Source: Ancylonema sp. (lineage: Eukaryota). From it: 20,000 nucleotides of DNA. Positions 8,620 to 19,373 of the stretch are shown here, piece after piece. The stretch lies in NCBI GenBank assembly GCA_050230475.1, contig JBFLGF010000197.1, forward strand, positions 47,805 through 67,804. The letters are read 5' to 3'. The translations under genes and the position numbers were made by a program. Each line of letters opens with the position of its first letter. The stretch's first letter is position 1. A model generated the notes under the pieces. It searched no databases. It had not been told where the DNA came from and was given only the letters and a program-made list of their open reading frames with translations.

Positions 8620-10952
8620 CTACGAAGTCGTGAGTGTGTTGGAAAGGCGAGTCATCATCGTCACCTTCTGCGCATAGGAGTAGCTAGGGTTTATCTGCGC
8701 CAACCCAAGTCAGACGCAACGGAATGGAGTTAGTGCCCATTTCCGGCCTCCCCCTCCTCCGCCCCTCCACTCTCACCTGCAGCGTTGCCAGGGAACGGTG
8801 GGCAAACGCTTTGGCGGCTGGTCCTGCTGAGTCTGGGAGGTTATTGACAATCGCCAGCAGGCCCTCCCTCTGCTGGGCTGCGCTGAGGTGGCGGGCTCCC
8901 GTGTAGCTCTCCACCAGCGCTTCCAGGGCCGGGCCACGATCCAACAGCAGCCCCCTTTGCTCCTGAATGATGAATGAGGCAAGGCAGGCAAACAGGTTGA
9001 CTGTACGTTCAGGCAGCACAGAGGGCCAAAAAGGCCTAGACAATGAGACACACCCCTACAACCTAAACCGTAAACCCTAAACCCTAAACCCTAAATCCTA
9101 ACACCTAAACCCTAACCCCTGAACCCTGAACCCTGAACCCTAAACCCTAAACCCTAAACCCTAAACCATAAATCGAAAAATTTCACAATTCCAAAACCCA
9201 AAACCCAAATCCGGAATTCCGAAGCCCTTATGACCCTACCTGCCACTGCTCCTCTGACTGGATGCCGCACTCCCCCATCAGAAAGTCTTTGGCCGAGTCC
9301 ATGAACTCCGGGAGGGAGGGGAGGGGGCCGTCCTCCACCTCCGGATTGGTCCCTGACGTGTCCATCAAGTACTCCGGCTCTAAGTGCAAACTGAAGTGCG
9401 ACTGCAGCTGGCGCCCGATGCTGTCCTCCAGATCCCTCTCGAACAGAGCGATATCATAAATGCGCTGCGCCTCCGCGCTCAGCTGGGCCTCCTGCTGGCC
9501 CCCCCCTGGCTGCTGTCGTGTCCTCTGACGAGGAGGCTGGGAGGCTGGGCCCCTGCCCCCCCCTGGGGCCTGCCTGCTGCGCTCTCTACTGGCTCCAGGC
9601 GCCTGGCTGTACTGCGGCCTCTGCCGCCCGCTGATGTCGATAGAGAACTGATCCACTGACGAGCGCCGCGACCGCTCCAGCTGGCGCTGCACTCCTTGGT
9701 TGATCACTGACATGGCGCGGGAGCGCGCCTCTTCTCTTGACAACGGCTCAGCTTTGATGGCGGGGGGGGGCTGGGCACCCCCCCTCCCCGCCCCCCTTTC
9801 TCCTCCTCTTACTACTGGTGCCCCTATTGGCGGCCGCCTCCTACCTCCCTCTGCTGATAGCATGGAGGCCACCTCTGCAGCCGCAGATGGAGGCGGAGGG
9901 AGGGGGGCTCCCCTCCCCCCTGCTTGCGCCCTCGCCGCTGACCCAGCCCTTTCTACCACCCTCCCACTCAGGGCTGGCTGGGGCCGACCTGCTGTGCTGT
10001 CAAGCAACAGCTCCTCCAGAGCCACCAACTCCTCCTTCACTCTCACCTCCTCTGCCCTCTCTGTGTTAGCTTCGGGTGTCACATCCGCAGATGCTTCCTG
10101 AGAAGGAGGAGTGGTGGGGAGAAGTGATAGGGCAACCTCCTCGTTCTCCTCCTCTTCTTCCTCCTCCTTCTCCTCCTGCTGACTGGTACTCAAGGCCCCC
10201 ATCGCCTACATCCGGTGGCGGATGGCCTGGCGCTCATCAGGTGTGAGCGCGACCTCCGCCTGGGCCTCTTCAGGATCTCCGAACACATCGTGTGCTGCAT
10301 CCGGAATTCCGTCCACCTCCCCAGCCGTGGAAGTTGTGGTCAAAGGTTGCGACCTCCGTTCCAGCTGAGCAGCGGCCGCTTCCATTTTGCCGATGTCACC
10401 GACATTAGCATACAGCTCAATCAAGGCCTCGAGTGCCGCTGCATCCACTTCCATGCGCCCTCGCTCGGCCTCCTGTAGGAGCCGATCCACAGCCTTCACA
10501 TTCCCGGCCCGCGCCAGAGCAGTGACGGCCCCACTCAGGGCCGCAGGCTCGGGGAGCAGACCGTTGTCAAGCAAACGACTCACAACATCCTGCACTTTCT
10601 CCAATTGCCCCGCACTGACGTACGCAAGAAGCATCGCAGAGAGTGTCTTTGATGATGCGGACGACGCAACAACCCGTGGTGGCGGCTCTGGCACATATTG
10701 AGAAGCTGATGTGTTTGGGGATGTTAGTTTCTCAATGCCTCCTCTTCCACGACCTCTGCTACGGCCCACATCCAGCGGCACGACCACATCTACACCGGAT
10801 ACCGAGCTCGGGGAAGTATGTGGTTGGGGCGAACCGTCCCTACGAACTGCCCCGATTGGCAGGTCTCCTACCACCCTTCCCCGCCCTCGTCCTGCGGCTG
10901 CTGTGCTGTAACGGCTGAGGGCAAACGGCAATTGCGTCCCAAACGAGCGCAT
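8620..10952 (-). CDS. Putative mitochondrial ribosome-associated protein (At1g53645 / mS31-mS46-like family) with 3 PPR motifs; 3 exons; one in-frame TAG at 10206-10208
   Basis: Exons 10952-9240, 8962-8777 and 8694-8620, with GT-AG phase-0 introns (657 codons plus stop if the internal TAG is read). The N-terminus MRSFGTQLPFALSRYST looks like a mitochondrial presequence and is followed by GRGRGR motifs. The C-terminus EPEYLM...TNPEVEDGPLPSL.EFMDSAKDFLM.ECGIQSEEQWQE...VESYTG....A.QQ.E.L......LP.SA....K.FA.R.L.TLQINP resembles the conserved end of the Arabidopsis At1g53645 family as I remember it. The family name needs a search to confirm. The gene may be a pseudogene. Confidence 0.75.
9054..9172 (+). 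repeat. Interstitial telomeric repeat (CCCTAAA)n with CCCTGAA variants, inside intron 1 (8963-9239) of the minus-strand gene
   Basis: About 17 heptamers, e.g. taaaccctaaaccctaaaccctaaa and ccctgaaccctgaaccctgaa. Arabidopsis-type telomere motif. Confidence 0.93.
10335..10649 (-). other. Three tandem P-type PPR motifs (aa 102-206 of the ORF starting at 10952)
   Basis: Exact 35-aa periodicity: KTLSAMLLAYVSAGQLEKVQDVVSRLLDNGLLPEP / AALSGAVTALARAGNVKAVDRLLQEAERGRMEVDA / AALEALIELYANVGDIGKMEAAAAQLERRSQPLTT. This fits the PPR pattern (..Y..LI.AY...G....A..L...M...G..PD). Confidence 0.8.
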
Positions 10953-11519
10953 CTCCGCCTGCCAGATCCCGCGCGAAATGTAGTCTTACATTTACAGAGG
11001 CCGTGTTAATCAGAAATTGCGCTCTGCGCAAAAGCTGAGATTATCCTTTTCTAGATCATTGTCGGACTAAATCACGCACCCGGGGGCGAGCAGTAAACCT
11101 GTTGGAAATGCGAATTTTGGCATACGCCCTTTCTTGTAACATCTGCCAATTCTGTGATTATGTCGTCTCGCAGTAAAACGCCAGTTGACTTAAAAAAGTC
11201 GTATGTGTGTATGTTGGCCAGGCGGACGACACACGTGCGTAAAGATCGGACGGCCTTAGTCCGCCCTCCCCACAAATTATGATTCCGTACCAACCAGATT
11301 GAACCCCCCGCTGATTTACTTTTAGAAACCCCCCAACACTGCAGCCTGTCCAGATTGTGACTTCCAACTGCCACCATGTATGCACGACATTGTCGCGAAG
11401 CCGAGTGCCTGAAAAGGACATTGTATACAGGTCAAAAATACTAAAAGTGGCTGAAATGCCGCAGGCTGGTGTGTGAGTGGAAGCGACATCATGATCACTC
11501 AAGAACACAGGGCACACAC

Positions 11520-12941
11520 TGTTAGGAACTTAGCCAAATTGGATGTTTCCTAACAATCCCCCTCTCAGACCCATATGGCTATGCTACTACCATCAGTCTA
11601 AAAAGAAAACTCTAGTCAGCCCTCACTAGGGTGCCTGACCCAATCCTCATCGATACCTAGCTACAGGACTCTCTGAGGCCGAGTCCGATTCGCAGAGATC
11701 CAGACTTCTTTTTCACCCGCCAGATCGTGCTCAAGTCCCGATGAATCGTCTTCAGCGCCGTCGAAGACATTCCAAAACGGAGGCTTGAATGTCCCCAAAG
11801 AAGAATCTTTGCTCCTCTACAATCCGGGCATACTGTCATGGGTCTCACTTGAGGTATGGCTTCCCTGATCAATGAGCATCTCATCATGGACAGCTGGCAG
11901 TGCCAACACGAAAGTTGGAAGTCCACCCCCCACCTCGGCATGTTGAGTGGCAGCCCAGCCGACCCCTTCTCTGTATGATGATTTGCATCATTTTCGGAGG
12001 GCACCGCCAACCCCACCATTGCATCCAAGTCTGTAGTGGGAGTTCTACAGACTACTGTGCCTCTACCGTTTTTCATCCTCTGAGATTCTGCCTACAATAT
12101 CTCCTACACTATTCTTGATCATTGAGCAGTTGTGAGTTGTCGTCCACTTTGCGTGGACAATGGTATACCTCGCCTTACAAAGTCTCTGTAGACTGAGCAA
12201 GTCGGTGGCAGATTTTGAAACGTACAATGTATCGTACAAATGCAACACCACCGGACTGCCCGAGTTATCCCAACACTCTATTTTGGCAGATCCCTCAAAG
12301 GTCACAGTCACATCTCCTGGGAATCCTCTCATTTCAATAAGCTATGTCAGTTGTTTCACATCCCACAACAGCTTCAAGTTGTTGCACACGTGCCTACAAG
12401 CACCAAAATATGCAAGCCACTCCAATTCATTCTCAGGCTCATTGGAGGGCACATATGGCATGTACTCCGAAACCACCATCCCCTCTTCTTCCCTTGCCTG
12501 TTCTCGTTTGGTCGCTTTGGCGAAGGAGACCTTGTTCTTGGTCTCTGGTCGTTGTAACTTATGCTTTCTCTTTTGTTTTGGTACTGGCTCCTTCACCGTC
12601 TCATCTTGTCCTTGTTGTTTTGAAGTTGGCTTGGAGCGACAAGGTTTTGACAAATGTTTACTTTTCTTGCACAGATTGCACATTTCGTGCTTGGATTCGC
12701 ACTCTATTGCAAAATGGCCCACTTCACCACAGCAATAGCAAGTTCTATGTTAAGTTTGTCGTCTGATCTCTAACTTAGACCTTCTTAACCACTCGTTTCC
12801 ACCTAAACTACTTCCACTGGTGTTTCGAGCGTAGTTGGCCTTCTCATTCTCGCTCTCGTTTCTGGCATTTAGCCCCTCCTCATGCGCATTTAGCCCCTCC
12901 TCACTCAGACCGAATGAGGTCTGAGTGCAAAGGTTACACAT
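11520..12941 (-). mobile_element. Degenerate, internally deleted Ty1/Copia LTR retrotransposon
   Basis: A single frame from 12941 to 12063, broken by stops at 12750 and 12342. It encodes two CCHC knuckles (CYCCGEVGHFAIEC, CNLCKKSKHLSKPC), a decayed protease (WLAYFGACRHVC, cf. W.LDSGAS.HM) and LYDTLYV....TDLLSL. After a frameshift come a pre-integrase Zn motif (WHCQL...CPDCRGAK) and an integrase-start-like LKTIHRDL. The PPT TGAGAGGGGGAT (11567-11556) abuts TGTTAG. The integrase core, RT, RNase H and 5' LTR were not found. Confidence 0.85.
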
Positions 12942-14644
12942 TGTATTTATTTCCAGCTGCCTATGCGTCTATGATCGTTATGCGGCGTCGCTAAGCTGGC
13001 TAGCTGACCGACATAGTTGCTACTCCATTCCTAGCCAAGTATTCAAAAAGCGACGTCACCTGGATCACTTCTACAACTAAATACAATGTATGGCTGCCGC
13101 AGAGCATCTCCAGCCGTACAATTGCGTAGCTGGCATCCGCTATCTATTGCCAAGTGTACATCGAAAATATCAATGCAAACGTTGCGCCTTGTCATTACCC
13201 TAAAACGTACTACTTGCTCATACTGACAACACTGCCCTCAACGCGGTGTTATACATCCAATGAATTTGATGTAACGCATATGTGGAGCTACAACTGAATG
13301 GTTATATGCCGCTGGCAGTGTCCTCTGGGCATCCAGCAAGTGGCGGAGCTCTCATGATGTTTTCCATTACTACGATAAATAAAGCGTTCCATCGCGAAAC
13401 GAAACTGCTCGACAAATACTTGAACCTGCGCATGTTCCAAATTGTCGTGTAGCCGCAAATACTCGTGCCCGCACTAATTCACCATATAGGCAAATTCACT
13501 TGTGCCCACAACAAATCATCATAGAGGCCCACGATCGTATGTTGTCCGACACAAGGTCATGTACACGTTCATACACACATGTGCATGAAATTTAACATAA
13601 TATGAAACTTCGCTTGACATACAATTCTAAAAACCAAATATCTTTGGAAAGTGCAGTAGTGCTTGCTTCTCTACGAACACCTCACAAATCGGAATTCGTG
13701 AGTGTTTTGTATTGTCAAGACGTGGTATGATTTGTCAATAGATTTCGCAATGATGAGTGGGCGCCTACAATCTGACACTTCACACTAGTAGCTTGGGCTC
13801 CTTGTATTGTCAAGGAGTCAGAAAATGCCTTCTAGCATTTGCTTCTCGTGATAGTAAAAAGAAATCAAAACCCGAACACAATTCTCAGATTACAAATTGG
13901 CTTAGCACGAGAATGTGTATCCTTTCGACGATTTATTAGTCTACTATCCGACGTTTTTGCATACAAACGATGTGGTTATTGTGTTTATCCCTCGTTTATT
14001 CTTCTATTTTATCGTCCTTTAAAATATGGATTGAATAGGATGTCTAGAACATAACTTCAACCAATTCAAAACTCCAACATGTCATGTGTACTAGTCAAAT
14101 GTACATTCTCCTATTCCTTGCAACCACAATATTCACATTCATTGAGCTTCTCATTCGTTTACAAACTCACTCTCTAAATTATACCTTTGTACAAACACTA
14201 CGTGAAGAACCAAATGCGAACGGTAATTGTCTCCTACAAACTTGTCTCGATATATACCATTTAAACGCCAAAATTTTTGTTGGAAAATTTGTCCTCCCAG
14301 ACAACATCACCTACTTTCTGTGATGAATCCATCCACACCCGCTGGTATCAGAATCATCTATCTACACACATGTCTTCAGAGCTCCTCCAAAGTCATTTTC
14401 TCTCCCACCACAAACTAGGTTGACACATGAGGGACACTTTTGGCATAAGTGTGTGTTGCAACGGCATATCACACAACCCATTTTGCCATTTTGCCCATTC
14501 TTGTCAATGCGAAGTTTGCACCCATTTGCACAACACATTTTCGGAGCACATCGCGTGAATTATCACTCTAACGAAAATTCATCACATCTACCCCTCCACG
14601 CTATAAGTACACGAATGAGCTCATTCGCACTCCCTGCTAGAAAC

Positions 14645-15682
14645 TCATTCTTGCAACCCGATTTCGAAGGGGAACCAAGTCCACGTTTTGGGCCTCAAAC
14701 TGTACGGCGTGCTTCCTTCCTTGTCCAATACCGAGGGGTCTGCTCCTGTCGCCAGAAGCTTCCTCGCAACTTCCTCATGCTCACATGTTGCTGCATAGCT
14801 CAGCGCTGTTTGACCCTCTGAGTCCTGCAAAACCGTCCCCTAAACATGGTCATAAAAAAATCGTGGGAAAACGAACGTACTAAGACGTACCACTTCTTAA
14901 ATGCCTCTTGTTAGTAGCGAAACGCAACCATGTGGCCCAATAGGACGACGCCATCTGGCCTCCTACTCAAGATTGCCAGCACCACAAATTTCTCTTCATT
15001 AAAAATCGTCGTTTGTAGTATCGACCCAAAAACATTGCTCCCTTGACCCACTCAGGAGCAACAACGCACACACCTTAAGGTCCACTGCCGCCCCCCCTGC
15101 CACCAGAACCTCCACAATGCTGACGTGGCCTCTATCTGCCGCCCAATGCAGAGCTGTGCGGCCCGTCTCATCTGAACCCGAAACCACACCCCCTACCCGC
15201 CCTGTGAATTCCCGGTGACCACACACCCACAGGGTCTGATTCGATACAGCCACAAGAGGGGGTGACTGTTGTAGGGTCTGTCAGGTCCGCTGTTCGCCAT
15301 CCGTGGTTCGTAACACTACCCCACTTCTAGATCTGGTAACGGAGCCATGCCACATCAGCAGGTGGCATGGACAGGACAGGCCTTCATCTCACTCCACACC
15401 TCATCTCCGCTCTGAAACAAACTTAACGTCTACCGGGTTTTGAGAACTTGTGCTTCACCCCAGCTCGCAGGTGGTAGTGGTGGCAGGTCTAGAGGAGTCG
15501 AGTGGAGAAGTCTTTTGGTGGTTTTAGATCCTGGTGGTTCCTTCCTCAAACCACATATATATGTATGTGAGTATATGTATATGTATATATGTATATGCAT
15601 ATATATATATGTATGTATATGTATATATATATATATATGTATATTTATATGTGTACATATATAAATATCTATATACATGTAT

Positions 15683-15718
<36 letters not shown>

Positions 15719-16437
15719 GTATATGTGTATATATGTGTATATATATATATATGTATATATATGTATACATAAATATGTATATATAAATGTAAATATATAT
15801 ATATGTGTACATATATAAACAAATATATGTATGTATATATAGATATATGTATGTATATATATATATATATGTACATGCATATACATGTATATAAATACAT
15901 ATACATACATATATATACATGTATGTATACATATGTATATATAAATATGTACATATGTATAAATACATATATATATATACATATATATATATGTATGTAT
16001 ACATATGTATACATAAATATGTACATATGTATAAATATATGTATATATATACATATATATATATGTATGTATATACATATATGTATATACATATATATAT
16101 ATATATGTACATGCATATACATATATGTAAATGCATATACATTTATGTATACATACATATATATATACATATATGTATCTATATATCTCAATACATATAT
16201 ACATACACATATATATACATATACATATACATATACATACATACATATGTATACAGAATGTCTATGAAATACACATATATATATACAGATGTATATATAC
16301 ATGAATGTATGTATATATACATATACATAATAATATTTTTATATAAATATAAATATCAATATAAATATAAATGTATATAGAAATATATATGTATATATAT
16401 ACATGTACACATATATCTATATCTTTATATAGATCTC

Positions 16438-16496
<59 letters not shown>

Positions 16497-19373
16497 GTAT
16501 ATATAAAAATACATATGCATATGTATATACATATATACATACATATGTATACATGTGTATACATATATGTATACATATATACACATATGTTTACATGTGT
16601 TTGTATTCATATACGTGTATAAAAAATTACATGTATGCATTTATACATGCATAGATGTACTCGTAGATGATTATTATCATATACACACGAAGAATTGTAC
16701 GTATATTGAATATGATGTGTATGCATTGTACGTGTCCTAGTTGTACAAATGGTGTGCATGATACACAGACAGTGGTTGAAAGCATAGGGGAATGATGCGT
16801 CAGCCCTTCAAGGGTTCCTGTCAGCGAGCATGTGTGACACGTGTGATACACATTCATGATTACATGCACAGATATGCGAATCGATATTGCTCGTTATCAC
16901 ACGCACATGCTTCCCACATGTTGGGATATGATTCGCCACCGATTTTTGTTCTCACCCAGAGCATTCACATCCGCCCCACCCTGCAGCATCTCCACCACCT
17001 CCTCCACCTTGCCTAGGCTGGCTGCCGACTGAAGAGCCGGAAGTTTCCTGGAAGGAGGGGTGGGATGAGCAGGGGAGAAAAGTGTGTGAGGAACCTGAGT
17101 GAAATACGCGCTGTGTGCAGAACACCTGAGAACTGACCCCGCATGTTTCTTCTGTGTGTTTCCCCTGACGTGACTCCCCATCCCCTGACACATGCCCCCT
17201 GGTCCTGAAACCACTGCTACCCTCCCCAGGTCCCCTTAGCAGTACAGGTCGAAACGGATACTGCGTCGGATCATCAACAACCTGAACCAAGTGTGTGTCT
17301 CTCCATGCCCTTCCACTGCCTTCCAAACCTCCTTGATAGCAACGGGCAAACCTCAGACGAAACAGGAAACGCCACGTGGCACTCACTCATCATCGCTGCC
17401 TGCACCCTCTTGTGGCTCCGCAAAAGTGCTGAAAACAGGACCAGATGCACCTCCCCCACTGCCAGTGCCCCCCACAATGCTGCCAGCCTCCGCCTGATGG
17501 GGTGGGAGGCCAGAGTGTGCGTTACTACCCGTGCAGCTACAGGTGATGCCATCCATGTCCATGTCTTTCCCCAACATACATCCTGTCGACATCACTTTTA
17601 TTGCATCAGTGCATCAGTAGAAGGAGATGGCAGCCAGTCAGAGTAGTATTGTCTACAAATCCACCGACCGATTGACACATCACCAGGGAATGTGAGCTAC
17701 CTCATGTGGGCCCCACTTGTCCCGGCACTCTGCCGCAGAGACCACATAGTGACTCATCGCCTCCTCGCTGCTCATGCTGCCAACTCCCTTCCACGCATCC
17801 CTGCAACCACCACCCCTGTCCCTTCTTCACCTTCCGTACCGTCTGTACCTTCCGTACTTTCTGCACCTCCTGTACTGTTCTGTACCTACCGTACCTTCCG
17901 TACTTTCTGTACCTTGCGTACCATGAGGTGGCCATATTGTTTGTTGCACCAATACTACTTGCACAGATGACTGCATGGATGTGCACGTGTGTATGGTGGT
18001 TTCTGTATGCATGCTATATCTCTCTTGCCTGGAGAATACACACATAAAAGGGCATGTACGAATGAATCTGTGTAAATGCAGATGTGTATACATGCGAGTC
18101 AACAAAGCTGACCAACATGAGGGGCAATCAATCATCGAAGCCAATAGAATTGACAGGGAGAATCGAAGCACACGCATGCATCTCAAAAAAAAAAAACTCA
18201 AAGAAACCATAAACATAAATCAAAATGATCAAAACCAAAAAAACAAAAGACGAAAAAACTAAAAAATCAAAAAACCAAAAAACCAAAAAACCAGAAAACC
18301 AAAAAACCAAAAAACCAAAAAACCAAAAAAACAAAAAAAAAATGTTTTAAGCAATAGCACTCTGGTGGCTGAGTCTGCAACATTGGAACGCATGTGACTG
18401 TCTCATGTCTTATGCCATATATACAGCATATCCCAGTGCACTCCAGAGAAAAACAGTACCGATGATCATGGGTTCGTAGTCATTCTGCAGTCGAGTTCAG
18501 TGCTCACCACTTGGCTCGAGCCGAATAGTTAAACATGGACGGCTGTGGAGTATCACAAACGCCATAAGTGGCTTGCTTGTACAGCCCATAGAGGTGCAAC
18601 ATCACTTGGGGAGGGACTTTGAGGATTCGTGCTGCGGTGGCAGATGCAATGAATGTTGCCGCGTCATGGAATGCCATCTCTGTTTCTGATGTCTCCATCC
18701 CCTCCCAGTCATCCTCTTCGTCTTCCTGGAGAGAGGACGAAAGGACAGGGTTGGCCGAGACTTGAGATGAATGTGAGGTGGAGGAAGTTTCGGATGCTGT
18801 GAGAGCGTTTTCCAGAAGCCCTCCTTCTTTAATGGTAGGGACGGGAGGGGCTGCAGTCGTGTTTGCTGCGATATTGGCATGTGACGAATTGTTGACAAAT
18901 GTTGGCAATCGACCATGGTCGGGGATGTGGTTGTTTGGCCGGGCAGGACCGAGGGGAGTATCCGCATGGTGTATCTGGGCGAGTAAAGGTGGCTCCAACA
19001 CAGCCATGTCGTGCAGCCCACTCTGTAAGGTCTCTTGGATTTCACATCTTTGTGCAGGGGAGGACAAAGCAGTAGCTTCAGACCGCCCGAGGCGAGAGTC
19101 CTCCTCCAGTCCTGCCCTCTCAGGCGTTATGTCGGTTGGCGACACCACCTCCCCGTCTACCGCTCCGCACTGTGAAGTGATACCAACATTGGCTTCGCTA
19201 GTACGAACAGCGTCATTTAAATCTTCCTCGCTGAGCCCACAGGATGGCTGAGCCCTCCGGATGCGAAGATTGCCTTCATGAAAGTCGCGAACCACCGTCA
19301 CCAGTTTGTAGACCATCCATGCAAAAAGTGAAGTGACTAAAACATTCGATATGCACTCCTCCCAATCTGCCAT
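14645..19373 (-). CDS. ACBP2: Class II acyl-CoA-binding protein with N-terminal membrane anchor and ankyrin repeats (ACBP1/ACBP2-like), 6 exons, 480 aa
   Basis: Exons 19373-18508, 17800-17701, 17493-17387, 17047-16956, 15171-15074 and 14824-14645. All introns are GT-AG, phases are consistent, and the total is 1443 nt. N-terminal MADW...[17 protein letters not shown] anchor, DDWEGME, ACB domain [41 protein letters not shown] linker, and ankyrins [16 protein letters not shown] and [19 protein letters not shown]1 versus ACBP2 cannot be resolved. Confidence 0.93.
15553..16650. repeat. ~1.1 kb degenerate (TA)n/(TATG)n/(TACA)n microsatellite in ACBP intron 4
   Basis: Almost purely alternating purine-pyrimidine AT-rich sequence. 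It is the source of the spurious Y/I/M/C/H ORFs. Confidence 0.97.
17830..17922. repeat. Degenerate 9-mer tandem repeat (CCGTACCTT-like) in ACBP intron 1
   Basis: About 10 units: ccgtaccgt ctgtacctt ccgtacttt ctgcacctc ctgtactgtt ctgtaccta ccgtacctt ccgtacttt ctgtacctt gcgtacc. It ends ~30 nt before the exon 2 acceptor. Confidence 0.85.
18185..18342. repeat. A-rich (AAAAAACC)n repeat in ACBP intron 1
   Basis: Poly-A run followed by repeated aaaaaacc octamers. Confidence 0.9.

Noticed and set aside
8180..8677. 165-aa + strand ORF, and other ORFs antisense to the called exons
   Set aside because: No recognisable domains. They are shadow ORFs of real genes or their UTRs.
10206..10208. Full reassignment of TAG to a sense codon (alternative genetic code)
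   Set aside because: There is only one internal TAG in ~1,850 host-gene codons, and three genes end on TAG at plausible C-termini. Only leakiness is kept as a hypothesis.
14343..14352. TGGTATCAGA, resembling a tRNA-iMet primer-binding site
   Set aside because: It is on the wrong strand for the minus-strand Copia relic and is not preceded by an LTR-like ...CA end.
15345..15370. 9-bp hairpin CCATGCCAC-N8-GTGGCATGG in ACBP intron 4
   Set aside because: An isolated short stem with no supporting context.
15430..16740. Many long ORFs rich in Y/I/M/H/C
   Set aside because: Artefacts of the TA microsatellite inside ACBP intron 4.
2560..19373. Possible lipid-metabolism cluster (desaturase and ACBP)
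   Set aside because: The genes are 9 kb apart, separated by an unrelated gene and transposons, and probably act in different compartments.
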